From: a virus
Lineage: Duplodnaviria; Caudoviricetes
Reading direction: 5' to 3' (one strand)
IMG/VR virus record: IMGVR_UViG_3300031994_000053
Span: 1 to 64,000 of that record
DNA: 64,000 nt
A program made the translations under genes and the position numbers. Positions 16,051 through 25,418 of this stretch are shown in pieces. Every line of letters begins with the position of its first letter. Position 1 is the stretch's first letter. Below the pieces are notes generated by a model. That model made no database searches. It saw only the letters and a list, made by a program, of their open reading frames with translations, and had not been told where the DNA came from.

Positions 16051-18526
16051 GGCGGCGCTGGCCGCCATGTCGGAGGCGGACCGCGCGTCCGTCTCCATGT
16101 TCATGTACCGATGGGCCGACGGGCCCTTCAAAACCGCGCGCGGCACCGGGTTCCGGATGTCCGCGCAGGCGGCCGGCGCGCTGCTCGCGGCGTTCGGCCC
16201 GGCGCTCGCCGTCAAGCCAATGGCCGACGCGCGCTTCTCGGAGGTCCGGTGGGACCTGGACTGCGCCGAGGGGAAGGAGGCGTATGCCGCCGTCCTCGCG
16301 ACGCAGGCCGGCCCCTGGCTCGACCCGAGAACGCTGGACGACCTGCTGGCGTCAGTGGCGGAACGCGTTGACAGGACGTGCCCGGCTTCGGCGGTCGCCA
16401 GCCCGGGCTTCCTGTCCGCGTTTGCGGAGGCCGCCAGGCGGTTCCGCGCGGAAAACGCGACTAGGCCGTTTCTGGAGTTCGGACCCGGCGAAGCCGCGTT
16501 TCTCCGCTGGTTCGCCGGGTCGGACGGCGACATGGTCCCGTCTCCCGGAACGATCGAGCTTGCGCTGTCGGCGTCCGGCCGGACCACGCTGTCCGTGTTC
16601 GCGCCGAGCGCGACGCTGGCAATGCTGGCCAGGTACGTCCATGACGGCGAGGACATCCCGGACTTGCCGGAGCTGGCCGGGTGCGCCGTCCCCGAAATGG
16701 TGAAGGCCACCAACGGCCAGAACTATCTGTCCGGGCACATGGGCGAACTGGAGGACGCCAGGACGGCGTACCTGCTTCGGGGAAAGAGGGACGCGGCGGC
16801 CGTGGTTGCCGGGTCCTGCTTCCTGCGGCCCGGGAACCCGACGGCGCTGCGGTTCGCCGCGGCCGCCACGACGTTCTGGGGCTACGTCGAATACCTGTAC
16901 GTCGCGTGGGCCTGCTACGGGCTCGGGATCGACGTCCCGGAGTTCGACGGAAAACCGGACGCGGCGTACGCGGCGGCCGGGGACAGGCTCCCCTGGCGGC
17001 TGCAATGGTCGCCGCGGGGCTGCCGGATCGGCGTGTCGAACGCCATGTCGGACCCGGGGACGTGGATGGCGGACATGTGCAGGGACATGCAGTCCGGCGT
17101 CGTTGGCGACGCCGACACGGAAGCGGCCCATGGCAAGGCAATGGCCGCGGCCGTGCTTGTCTTCGCGCTCGTCCCGCGGTCCGCACTGGCGGATACATGC
17201 GGAAACGTCGCGTCCAATCTCATGGAAAGCACGGAGGCCGGCGCGTTCCCGCTGGAACGGGCCGACCCCCCGGCCTCCGCGCCGACGTCCCTTCCGAGAA
17301 TAGCGACCGACGACCTCGCGTCCGAATGGTTCACGCTCGTCCTGGGCGACTCCGGGGCGAGAGTGACGCTTGACGGTCTGCGAAGCCTGCCGGGGCTCCC
17401 GGCGGACAAGCTGCGAGGCATGATGTACATGGCCAGCGACCGCCACGCCGGGGGGAATCCGCCGCTGGCCCGTCTTCTGGCCCAGGACGTCGTGAAGATC
17501 CTCGGAGCGTCGTACATCAAATTCAATACAATCCCGCAGCGCGTCAATCCGGTAAAAGGCGACCCGCTGGACCGCCATTCCGACACGGAAGTCGTGGCGG
17601 CGATCGTACCCGGCAGGGTGTCGGAACACACCGCCAGCCCCGACGGATACTGGCGTTTCACAGGCATATGTCCTGGAAGTGCGCTTGATGTGTCTGCGAG
17701 TCCGTGTCTGACCGATTGGGAAAAGGCGATGTTCGGGGAGCCAAACCGAGTCCTGGCGCCCCCGCCAGCCGGTTCGCACGCGTCCGACGTCACGTTTCTC
17801 CTGAACCTTGACCCGAGGACCACGACCGCGGACCAGCGGGGGTGGATCATGGAGGAAATCCGCCGGGCCGTGACGTACCGGCTCGTCTACCACGTCAAGA
17901 ACGCGTCCGCCGGCCCGGACCCCGACGGGACGTTCCGCCCGGGAGTCGGCGTGGCTTCGCTGTTGGGGTGTCTGGGAATTCCCGACGGCGAAACGGACGC
18001 CAGGTATCCGGCCGCAAAGGCCGAAGTGCCGTACGTCGAGAAGGTGATCGGCATGACGCGATGGTCGAGCAACATGCCCCAGGCCCTGGACGACATCGCC
18101 GCGTGCATGGCGACCGACCAGTCGCACCGCCTTGTCGTTCGGATCGAAATCCCGGACAGGATAACGCGGCTGGCCCGGGCGATATTCCGGAGAAAGCGGG
18201 CGGACTACCCGCCGGTTTCCGAAGCGCTCGCGGACGCGGTTGGCAAGCTGCTGCCGCAGGAGCCGGCCGTCAGCATGGATCCGAAAACGTATTTCGCCTC
18301 GGCGGACTGCACGCCGCAGCAGGAGGCGGAGGCGATACTCAGGCACCAGCTGTCCTTCTGCAAGGGCTGCCGGGGCCGGGCGTTCGGGTTCACGAAGCTG
18401 TACAAGGACACCGCGGCTGACATGGCCGGCCGCGCGTCGGGGACGTTGGCGGACCTTCGCCTTCCCGTTCTCGGAAAGGTGAAAGTCCTCCCGACCGGCG
18501 TCGCGTTCCCGTCGTCGTGGACTTGA
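16028..18526 (+). CDS. Large hypothetical protein
   Basis: 832 aa, phage-like codon bias; no motif recognised. Confidence 0.8.
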   Translation: MESRAKLEAALAAMSEADRASVSMFMYRWADGPFKTARGTGFRMSAQAAGALLAAFGPALAVKPMADARFSEVRWDLDCAEGKEAYAAVLATQAGPWLDPRTLDDLLASVAERVDRTCPASAVASPGFLSAFAEAARRFRAENATRPFLEFGPGEAAFLRWFAGSDGDMVPSPGTIELALSASGRTTLSVFAPSATLAMLARYVHDGEDIPDLPELAGCAVPEMVKATNGQNYLSGHMGELEDARTAYLLRGKRDAAAVVAGSCFLRPGNPTALRFAAAATTFWGYVEYLYVAWACYGLGIDVPEFDGKPDAAYAAAGDRLPWRLQWSPRGCRIGVSNAMSDPGTWMADMCRDMQSGVVGDADTEAAHGKAMAAAVLVFALVPRSALADTCGNVASNLMESTEAGAFPLERADPPASAPTSLPRIATDDLASEWFTLVLGDSGARVTLDGLRSLPGLPADKLRGMMYMASDRHAGGNPPLARLLAQDVVKILGASYIKFNTIPQRVNPVKGDPLDRHSDTEVVAAIVPGRVSEHTASPDGYWRFTGICPGSALDVSASPCLTDWEKAMFGEPNRVLAPPPAGSHASDVTFLLNLDPRTTTADQRGWIMEEIRRAVTYRLVYHVKNASAGPDPDGTFRPGVGVASLLGCLGIPDGETDARYPAAKAEVPYVEKVIGMTRWSSNMPQALDDIAACMATDQSHRLVVRIEIPDRITRLARAIFRRKRADYPPVSEALADAVGKLLPQEPAVSMDPKTYFASADCTPQQEAEAILRHQLSFCKGCRGRAFGFTKLYKDTAADMAGRASGTLADLRLPVLGKVKVLPTGVAFPSSWT

Positions 18527-18531
18527 CACAT

Positions 18532-18572
18532 GGCCCCCGCCCCTTGACGGGGCGGGGGCCCTTTTGTATAAT
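18532..18572 (+). promoter_or_regulatory. Overlapping intrinsic terminator and sigma70 promoter
   Basis: Perfect 12-bp stem 18532-18543/18549-18560 with loop TTGAC then CTTTTG; TTGACG 18544-18549, 17 bp, TATAAT 18567-18572. Confidence 0.85.
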
Positions 18573-18583
18573 CGGAGGTGGTT

Positions 18584-19903
18584 ATGGAATTGTTCGAATG
18601 GCAACGGCCGCTGGCGGACGCCGCGGTCAGGGCTCTGGGGAGGGACCGCGTGTTCGTCCTCGGCGCCTGCACGGGGTCCGGCAAGACCCCGATAACGTGC
18701 GAGGTGATCAAGAGGCTCGGGTGCCCGGCGCTCGTCGTCGCCCCGAAGGTCTCGCTCACCCAGTGGGAGAAGACCGCCGAGGCGATGGGCGTGACAACCC
18801 TGATCGGGGTTGTCAACCCCGAGAAGATCGCCAAGCCCGGAGGCTGCAACTTCTGCACGCACGACCGGAAGAACGCGCCATGCCAGTGGCACGTGCCGCC
18901 CGGGACGCTCGTCGTCTTCGACGAGATACACCGCGGCGCGAGCGGCGCCGATTCCGTCACGACGTGGGCGGTCGCGTCGCTCAAGGCGTATGAAGGCTCG
19001 ATGCTGCTGGCCCTGTCGGCCACCGTCGCGGACTCGCCAATGAAGCTGCGGGCGCTTGGCTACTGGCTGGGCTTCCACAACTTCAGCAAGCAGGGGTTCC
19101 GCGCCTGGTGCTGCCGGCACGGCTGCTCCACGAGAACGATAGGCTGGGGCCGGAACGCCAAGTCGGTCTTCGCGTTCACCACGAACGCGCAGAGGGCGAA
19201 GGCGGTCATGGCCGCAATCCGGTCCGACATGGGCGACAGGTTCCTGTCCGTGAAGCCCGAGGACATCCCCGGGTTCCCCGACGAGGTCCTCGACGTCATG
19301 CGGCTGGACCTCGCGGCCCGGGACGCGGCCGCGCTCGAGAAGGCGTACGCGGAGATGCCCGACTCCTACCGGAAGGCGTCCGAGGAGGAGATGGTGCAGA
19401 CGCTGCGCCTGCGCGAGCAGGCGGAATGGTGCAAGGCCGAGGCGATCGCCGAGCTGGCCGTCGGGTACGAGTCGGACGGGCTGTCCGTGTTCGTCCTCGT
19501 GAACTTCACGGGGGCGCGGCAGCGCATCGAGGCGTACCTGAAGGACAGGGGCGTGGCCTACGCCAGCATCTACGGCGGGCAGAAGGACAAGGAGCGCCAG
19601 GAGGGCATCGACGCCTTCCAGCGCAACGAGATCCACGTGCTCGTCGCGATGGCCGCGGCCGCGTCGTGCGCCCTATCGGCCCATGACGAACGCCATGAAC
19701 GGCCGCGCGTCAGCCTGATCAGCCCGGGGTACAACGCCTCGGACGTCAAGCAGGGGCTCGGCCGCATACGCCGGGTCAACGGGACCAAGGCCGTCCAGCA
19801 CTTCGTGATGGCGGCGAACAGCGTCGAGGAACGGGTGGCCAGGACGCTCGAGCGGAAGCTCGCCAACATCGACACCCTCAATGACGGGGACTTAATACGA
19901 TAA
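18584..19903 (+). CDS. Superfamily 2 DNA helicase
   Basis: WQ Q-motif, CTGSGKT (I), FDEIHRG (II), SAT (III), QGLGRIRR (VI); start ATG 18584 or GTG 18578. Confidence 0.9.
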   Translation: MELFEWQRPLADAAVRALGRDRVFVLGACTGSGKTPITCEVIKRLGCPALVVAPKVSLTQWEKTAEAMGVTTLIGVVNPEKIAKPGGCNFCTHDRKNAPCQWHVPPGTLVVFDEIHRGASGADSVTTWAVASLKAYEGSMLLALSATVADSPMKLRALGYWLGFHNFSKQGFRAWCCRHGCSTRTIGWGRNAKSVFAFTTNAQRAKAVMAAIRSDMGDRFLSVKPEDIPGFPDEVLDVMRLDLAARDAAALEKAYAEMPDSYRKASEEEMVQTLRLREQAEWCKAEAIAELAVGYESDGLSVFVLVNFTGARQRIEAYLKDRGVAYASIYGGQKDKERQEGIDAFQRNEIHVLVAMAAAASCALSAHDERHERPRVSLISPGYNASDVKQGLGRIRRVNGTKAVQHFVMAANSVEERVARTLERKLANIDTLNDGDLIR

Positions 19904-19911
19904 AATTCAAG

Positions 19912-20151
19912 ATGTATCATCCCGCTTACGTCCAATTAAGTGACGAAGAGGAGAAGAAGTTCCAAGAGTGGCATGACGTCAAGACCATCGACGATTGTCT
20001 TGACATCCTTCGGGTTGGCGGCTATGAAGTAGACCCCCAATCGAATTTTCGCATTGTCCGCGGTTACCTCATGGAGTTTGTTGGACCAGTCAATAATCCT
20101 CGTACGGCTTTTTACGTACGAGGTTTTGTAAATGGAGACCCGATTCGATGA
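19912..20151 (+). CDS. Hypothetical protein (lower GC)
   Basis: 79 aa; overlaps next gene at ATGA. Confidence 0.6.
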   Translation: MYHPAYVQLSDEEEKKFQEWHDVKTIDDCLDILRVGGYEVDPQSNFRIVRGYLMEFVGPVNNPRTAFYVRGFVNGDPIR

Positions 20152-20483
20152 AAAAGGAGCTTCACATGACGGTGAGAGACGTACTGAACCTGATGGGGGA
20201 CGAGGTGTGGGTGCGCGTACGCATCAACGACGGCGGGGAGGTAGACCCGGCCAACGATCTCGTGCTCTGGTCCGCCGACTGGATCGGCGGAGGCGAAGAT
20301 GACCCGGGAATGCCTGACGGGCTGAAAGACGTTCTCAAGTGGGACGCGGACGACATGTCGGTCGAGATGTACGACAACCCGGAGTTGATATACGACGACC
20401 CGGAGATCTGGGGAATCCCTGGTCTGGAAGACCGGGTGCTGGTGCTTGTCGTAAACGCGTACCCGTTTAAGGAAGAGGCGTAA
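20148..20483 (+). CDS. Acidic hypothetical protein
   Basis: 111 aa. Confidence 0.7.
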   Translation: MKKELHMTVRDVLNLMGDEVWVRVRINDGGEVDPANDLVLWSADWIGGGEDDPGMPDGLKDVLKWDADDMSVEMYDNPELIYDDPEIWGIPGLEDRVLVLVVNAYPFKEEA

Positions 20484-20597
20484 ACCGTAGCGGCGCCAAC
20501 AACAGCCACTGGACCTCGAGCGCGGGTGCGACGAGGGGACAGAGACCAAATACAAAGGAGAAGACACGGTTGCACCGGAGTCAAAAGGAGAACAACA

Positions 20598-20981
20598 ATG
20601 GGCAAGCAAATAACATTGGACCTTCCGCAGGACGCGGAGTCCGTAACACTGAACATCCCGGAACGCCGCGCCGGCGCAACGCTGCGCGACGTTCTTCCCA
20701 CGCTGTCGGGAGACGTCATGCTGATCGTCGAAATAATCTCGGGGCCGGCCCTGGAGTCCTGGCGGCTCGGCGGCTCGAGCGGGCGGGCGCTGCTGGAGAC
20801 TTTAGAGAAATCCAGATTCGTCGACGCGAACCGGATCCTGGGGCTCCACCCGCTCGTCAAGCCATTCGCCCCGACGCCGACGCTGACGAACGGCACGATC
20901 GTCCCGGGCAGACCTGAGGCGATTGTCGTCTATGTGTCATTCGATCCGACAAAGGAGGCCGGGGATGCCAGTTCCAAATGA
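20598..20981 (+). CDS. Hypothetical protein
   Basis: 127 aa from ATG 20598; AAAGGAG SD. Confidence 0.7.
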   Translation: MGKQITLDLPQDAESVTLNIPERRAGATLRDVLPTLSGDVMLIVEIISGPALESWRLGGSSGRALLETLEKSRFVDANRILGLHPLVKPFAPTPTLTNGTIVPGRPEAIVVYVSFDPTKEAGDASSK

Positions 20982-21408
20982 CCTGTTCAAGAACGTCGAC
21001 CTGACGTTCCGCGACCTCAGCCTCCGCGACATCTGGTCCCAGTTGGGGAATTGCATCGCCTCCGGAATCGGGATCGATCCCGACAACGCGAAGGTCCGCA
21101 TTCTGCTGTCCGACGGGCGCCGCTGGTGCGTCGGGAAGATTCTCGTGGTTTCCGCCGGTGACGACGAGCCCGTGGTCTTCATGTTCCCGGCCCCCGAGAA
21201 CATCGAGGCCGTGAACAAGGCGACGGAGCTGATGGCCAAGGCGTCCTGCGAAAAGGCCGCCGCGGGCCAGAAGTGCGGAACGTGCCCCGACCTCGCGACC
21301 TGCGGGCCGATGGCCCGCATAACCGAAAAGGCCCAAGAGGAGTTTGGCGGCGGAAAGCCGGCCGACATCCCGGGGCAGCAGAAGTTCCCGTTCGCGGAGG
21401 GGACGTGA
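20965..21408 (+). CDS. Hypothetical protein with CxxCxxxxxC motif
   Basis: 147 aa from ATG 20965; AAGGAGG SD; KCGTCPDLATC. Confidence 0.7.
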   Translation: MPVPNDLFKNVDLTFRDLSLRDIWSQLGNCIASGIGIDPDNAKVRILLSDGRRWCVGKILVVSAGDDEPVVFMFPAPENIEAVNKATELMAKASCEKAAAGQKCGTCPDLATCGPMARITEKAQEEFGGGKPADIPGQQKFPFAEGT

Positions 21409-21409
21409 C

Positions 21410-21736
21410 ATGGGCGTGAGGTTGGGGGTGGCGTCCGCCGGACACGTACAGCCTTGGCTGGCGGACATGCTGGCGACAAACCCGACGGGGGCGGCAAGGT
21501 TTGTCGCCGACTTCGCGGCGAGTGTCGCGAACGACAGGGCCGAATGCCGCGGCGAAGACGAATTCCTTGAACGGGTGGAAATGCTTTGTGCGTTCGCGGA
21601 CGTCGAGTTCGCGAGGGGCGTTGCGCAGTCCGTCTACAAAGGATACGTCTCCCCCGGCGAATACGCCATGGGGCTGAGGAAAACGTGGCAGACACAGGCG
21701 GGGGAGGACGTCCGATGTTCCCGATTCCCGGAATAA
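21410..21736 (+). CDS. Hypothetical protein
   Basis: 108 aa from ATG 21410; GGAGG SD. Confidence 0.65.
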   Translation: MGVRLGVASAGHVQPWLADMLATNPTGAARFVADFAASVANDRAECRGEDEFLERVEMLCAFADVEFARGVAQSVYKGYVSPGEYAMGLRKTWQTQAGEDVRCSRFPE

Positions 21737-22650
21737 GCCTCCAGAAAGTCGACTGGGGCGTGGAGCGCCTCGGGGTCCCCGAGACCTGGAAGACCACGAA
21801 GGGCAGGGGCGTGAAGGTGCTCGTCGTCGACACTGGCGCCCCCGCCCGGAAGGTCTTCGGCCGGGTAAGGCCGCACGCCGACCTGAAGGGCCGCCTGGTC
21901 CTGGCCGAATGCAGGTCCTTCGTCGCGACGGAATGCGATCCGCTGGACCATAACGGGCATTCGACGGCGTGCTGCGGGATCGTGGCCGCGTCGGACAACC
22001 GTTTCGGCTGGGTCGGCTACGCGCCGGAGGCGTCGGTCGTGACCTTCAAGGTCGCCGACAGGTCCGGACGCGTCGACGGCACCGCGCTCCGGCTTGCCCT
22101 CGAGGCGGCCGTGGCGGCGCACCCGGACGTGGTCTCGGTCTCGCTCGGCATGTACGTCGGCGCGTCGAGGCTGCGGAAACCGATCAGGGAGCTGACGGAC
22201 ATGGGGATCCCCGTCGTCTGCGCCGCCGGAAACGGCGGCGGGGACGGGCTCCTCTACCCGGCCCGGTTCCCGGAGACGATCGCCGTGGGGGCGTTCGACT
22301 CGGCCGGCGCCGTTGCGGACTTCTCCGCCCGCGGCGGCGCGCTGGACTTCGCGTTCCCCGGCGTCAACGTCACGACGACCTGGCTGAACGGCGGGTACGC
22401 CACCGTGTCGGGCACGTCGTTCGCGTGCCCGGCGTGCGCCGGCGTCCTCGCCCTGCTCATCGCCAAGCACCGGGAGCAGGAGAAGGCGACCGGGAGGAAC
22501 GACTGCAAGACCGTGGGCCAGATGCGGGAGCATCTGGCGAAGTACGCCGTGAAACCGTCCGACGCGAGCGAGGAAGACTGGGGGCGTGGTATAATAGATG
22601 TCGCCTCCTTGATCGGGGCGGAACGGGGAGAGACCATGAAGAAGGTGTAG
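21715..22650 (+). CDS. S8 subtilisin-like serine protease without signal or pro-peptide
   Basis: 311 aa from ATG 21715; VVDTG (Asp), NGHST (His), AAGN (oxyanion Asn), SGTSFACP (Ser). Confidence 0.9.
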   Translation: MFPIPGISLQKVDWGVERLGVPETWKTTKGRGVKVLVVDTGAPARKVFGRVRPHADLKGRLVLAECRSFVATECDPLDHNGHSTACCGIVAASDNRFGWVGYAPEASVVTFKVADRSGRVDGTALRLALEAAVAAHPDVVSVSLGMYVGASRLRKPIRELTDMGIPVVCAAGNGGGDGLLYPARFPETIAVGAFDSAGAVADFSARGGALDFAFPGVNVTTTWLNGGYATVSGTSFACPACAGVLALLIAKHREQEKATGRNDCKTVGQMREHLAKYAVKPSDASEEDWGRGIIDVASLIGAERGETMKKV

Positions 22651-22654
22651 ACTT

Positions 22655-23053
22655 ATGGGCAGGGGCGACGTAAAGATAGTGATTGGCGCCGCGGCCGGCC
22701 GGGTGGACGGAAAACCGAAGCCCGGCCCGACCGTGGGGTTCGCATGGTCGCCGCAGCTCGAGACGCGGGGCGAAGGGGACGTGAGGGCCTGGAACCTGGC
22801 CCGCGCCCTCCTCGACAAAATCCGCGACAACCGGGACACGCTCGTCGAGGGCTGGCCGGACGAGAAGGGCTACGTGCATCTTTGGCGCGTGACCCTCGAC
22901 GTGTCGGTCTTCGGCGGGCCGCCCCGCATAGCCGTGGACTACGAACGGCTGCCGGACTGCGACGACCAGTCGGCCGACGACATGATGGAACTGTATCTCG
23001 CGGTCAAGAAGGCCGTGGGCCCAAGCGGCGGGGTTCGCCGCGCAAGGAGATAA
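22655..23053 (+). CDS. Hypothetical protein
   Basis: 132 aa; extended -10 TGGTATAAT lies upstream in the 3' end of the protease gene. Confidence 0.65.
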   Translation: MGRGDVKIVIGAAAGRVDGKPKPGPTVGFAWSPQLETRGEGDVRAWNLARALLDKIRDNRDTLVEGWPDEKGYVHLWRVTLDVSVFGGPPRIAVDYERLPDCDDQSADDMMELYLAVKKAVGPSGGVRRARR

Positions 23054-23059
23054 TGTAGA

Positions 23060-24292
23060 ATGGCTTACAAGATGCAAGTCGTCTCGCCGTCCGCGCTGGC
23101 GGCGACCGAGACCTGCCCGAGGTTCCGCCCGGACGGGAAGGAGAACGACGCGGCCCAGGAGGGCACGCTTCTCCACGAGAAGCTGGAGGAGATGGTCGCG
23201 CAGCCCCGCGAGCAGTGGGAGGCGTGGATCCAGCTCCAGGAGCTGAGCGCGGAGCACAAGGGTCTGCTACAGGTCGCGGCGGCCGAGCTCCGGCCGCTGG
23301 TCGACGACGGATTGCAGGCTTTCCCCGACAAGGTCCTCAAGCCGAGGTACCGCCAGGGCAGGCTGCTGAACCAGACCCTGAAGCCGGGCCTCTACCCGGA
23401 GTGCGAAATCGAGACGGCCCCCGGCCGCCACGGCTACATCGACCTGCTGATCATGACGAACGACGGCATCGCCGTCATCGTTGACTACAAGATGGTGCGC
23501 AACGCCAAGGACTACACGCTCCAGCTGGGCGCGTATGCCATGTACCTGCACCGCATCCTGCCGACCATCGGCGGATTCGAGTGCCGGATCATCGCGCCCA
23601 GGCTTTTCGGGGAGCAGGAGGTCCACCGCTGGACGGCGGGCGACCTCGCCGAAATCGAACTGCGCATCGAGAGGATAACGCGCCGGGCCGACGACTCCGC
23701 CAACGACCCGCGCATCCCCGGCAACCCGTGCGATTCGTGCCAGTACTGCCACTGGAACGGCACGTGCCCCTACCAGGCCGAGACGCTGACGGGCGTGGTG
23801 CCCGTCCGGTCGAGCCTGGAGACCAACGCGCTCACGCACCCCGCCACAGTCGGGGACCGCGGTCTCCGCAGGACATACCTCAAGCTCATCGAGGCGTTCG
23901 TGTCGGCGGCCAAGGAGGACGACAAGGCATGGGTCGAGGAGCACGGCGGCCTCCAGATTCCGGCTGACGCGGTCCCCGGCTGGCGCCTCTCCTGGCGCAA
24001 CGGCAGGGCCACGATCGACAAGGACCGCATGACGGAGGTGCGGACCGCGCTGATGGAGAAGCTGTCGTTCGACATGGACGACGTGCTCTCCGTAAGCGAC
24101 GTGTCGCTGACGAAGGTAGTGGAGCGGCTTTCCCTTAAGTTCGGGTATTCCGAGAAAGTCGCCAAGGCGGAAACGCAGAAGGCTTTGGACGAGTTCATGG
24201 GCGCGGGCGGCAAGGTGCTGTACTGGACCCAGGACGCTTCCAATGCGGCGGGGCGCGTCGCCTCGCCGGAAACCAGGGCTCTGACGGACTGA
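23060..24292 (+). CDS. Cas4-like PD-(D/E)XK exonuclease (DUF2800-type)
   Basis: GYIDLL...IVDYK, QLGAYA, N-terminal Cys and C-terminal CDSCQYC...CP cluster; AAGGAG SD. Confidence 0.85.
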   Translation: MAYKMQVVSPSALAATETCPRFRPDGKENDAAQEGTLLHEKLEEMVAQPREQWEAWIQLQELSAEHKGLLQVAAAELRPLVDDGLQAFPDKVLKPRYRQGRLLNQTLKPGLYPECEIETAPGRHGYIDLLIMTNDGIAVIVDYKMVRNAKDYTLQLGAYAMYLHRILPTIGGFECRIIAPRLFGEQEVHRWTAGDLAEIELRIERITRRADDSANDPRIPGNPCDSCQYCHWNGTCPYQAETLTGVVPVRSSLETNALTHPATVGDRGLRRTYLKLIEAFVSAAKEDDKAWVEEHGGLQIPADAVPGWRLSWRNGRATIDKDRMTEVRTALMEKLSFDMDDVLSVSDVSLTKVVERLSLKFGYSEKVAKAETQKALDEFMGAGGKVLYWTQDASNAAGRVASPETRALTD

Positions 24293-24339
24293 CAGGATTG
24301 AAAGGCTGACAGGTCGTTGGAATAAAAAGGAATACCGGA

Positions 24340-25212
24340 ATGAACAAGGCAAAGACGAGTCCGGAAACGGACGACATCGTCGACGCGAAAGAGGCTCGCG
24401 CGACGAACAACGAACTGGCGACGATCGCGGCGCAGGACGCCGCGGTCGCGCCGCCGGCGCCCGCGGGGGCGCTCGGGACGTACGTGGTCGGGGAGGCGAC
24501 GCTGAACTTCGAGTGGGTCCACATGACCTACGCGGTGTCCAAGAACGCCCCCAAGAACGCGCTCCCGGGCGAGTACTACCTGGGCAAGAACTGGGAGGCG
24601 AAGCTTACCGAGAGGGGCGGCGCGTTCGACGCGATCATCCTCAAGGCGGTCGCCGGCTACAAGGACTGGCCGGTCGGGCCGTATGACCCGAGCTTCAAGG
24701 CCCAGTACTACCCGGACAAGGCGGCGGCCGTCAAGGCCGGCCGGCGCGTCGATTGGGCCGACGGCCCGAACGGCACCCGGCTGAAACCGGACGCGGCCCC
24801 CTATCTCCAGCTCTTCATGCTGGTGAAGAAGCCGCTGGTTGTCGAGGATGACTCGATGTTCGTTGTCCCCGTCGACGGGGAGTTCTACGCTCCGGCGACG
24901 ATGATGTTCGAGAAAATGAACTACGCGGACGCCAACACGGTGATAAACCGCGCGCTCCAGGCGGACATGCTCCGGCACATGAAGGAGGAAGGCTACCGCC
25001 CGACCCTCATGGACCGTGTCTTCCGCATCAGCTCGGACGAGCAGACTGCGAAGACGGGGAACAAGTTCACCCGGTTCATAATCAAGAACGCGGTCGACGA
25101 CGGGAAGCCCGTCGTTCTCTCCGACACGGCGAAGGAGGACCTCCGCCGCCTTGTCGAGATGGCCTCGTCCGCCACTGCGGCGGCCGCGGCTCCGGCCGAC
25201 GACGGCGAATAG
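24340..25212 (+). CDS. Putative ssDNA-binding/annealing protein
   Basis: 290 aa between nuclease and PolA, the usual SSB slot; aromatic-rich beta core; acidic tail PADDGE. Confidence 0.55.
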   Translation: MNKAKTSPETDDIVDAKEARATNNELATIAAQDAAVAPPAPAGALGTYVVGEATLNFEWVHMTYAVSKNAPKNALPGEYYLGKNWEAKLTERGGAFDAIILKAVAGYKDWPVGPYDPSFKAQYYPDKAAAVKAGRRVDWADGPNGTRLKPDAAPYLQLFMLVKKPLVVEDDSMFVVPVDGEFYAPATMMFEKMNYADANTVINRALQADMLRHMKEEGYRPTLMDRVFRISSDEQTAKTGNKFTRFIIKNAVDDGKPVVLSDTAKEDLRRLVEMASSATAAAAAPADDGE

Positions 25213-25224
25213 CCGTCTTGCCAA

Positions 25225-25404
25225 CCCCCTCCCCGCGCTGGGCGGGGAGGGGGCCGCGACATTCCGGAACGGTCTCCGCCCTGGGGGACCGGCACACCTA
25301 GCGTGGCGCGAAAGCGCCGACCCCGGAAGACCCGGGGATGTGGCCACCGTGGCCGCGGCCCGGCCCGCCGAGGGGAAACCCCAGCGGGCCGGGGCTTTAT
25401 TTTT
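25225..25404 (+). ncRNA. Candidate structured non-coding element ending in an intrinsic terminator
   Basis: Six consecutive hairpins in 180 nt, including GGCGC-GAAA-GCGCC, ending GCCCGGCCCGC...GCGGGCCGGGGC-TTTATTTTT; no known class recognised. Confidence 0.4.
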
Positions 25405-25418
25405 CCAAGGAGGCCGAC

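Noticed and set aside
16352-19636. 1094-aa minus-strand ORF, and similar long antisense ORFs (27319..30108, 37349..39376, 42191..44464, 54497..58864, 58871..61141)
   Set aside because: Shadow frames of high-GC3 genes on the opposite strand; Arg/Gly/Val-rich with no motifs or SDs
19893-19905. TAATACGA resembling a T7 promoter
   Set aside because: Only 8 nt match, the CTCACTATAG core is missing, and no T7-type single-subunit RNAP was recognised
23060-24292. Cas4-like gene as evidence of a CRISPR system
   Set aside because: Stand-alone phage nuclease in the usual nuclease-SSB-PolA context; no cas1/cas2 or array
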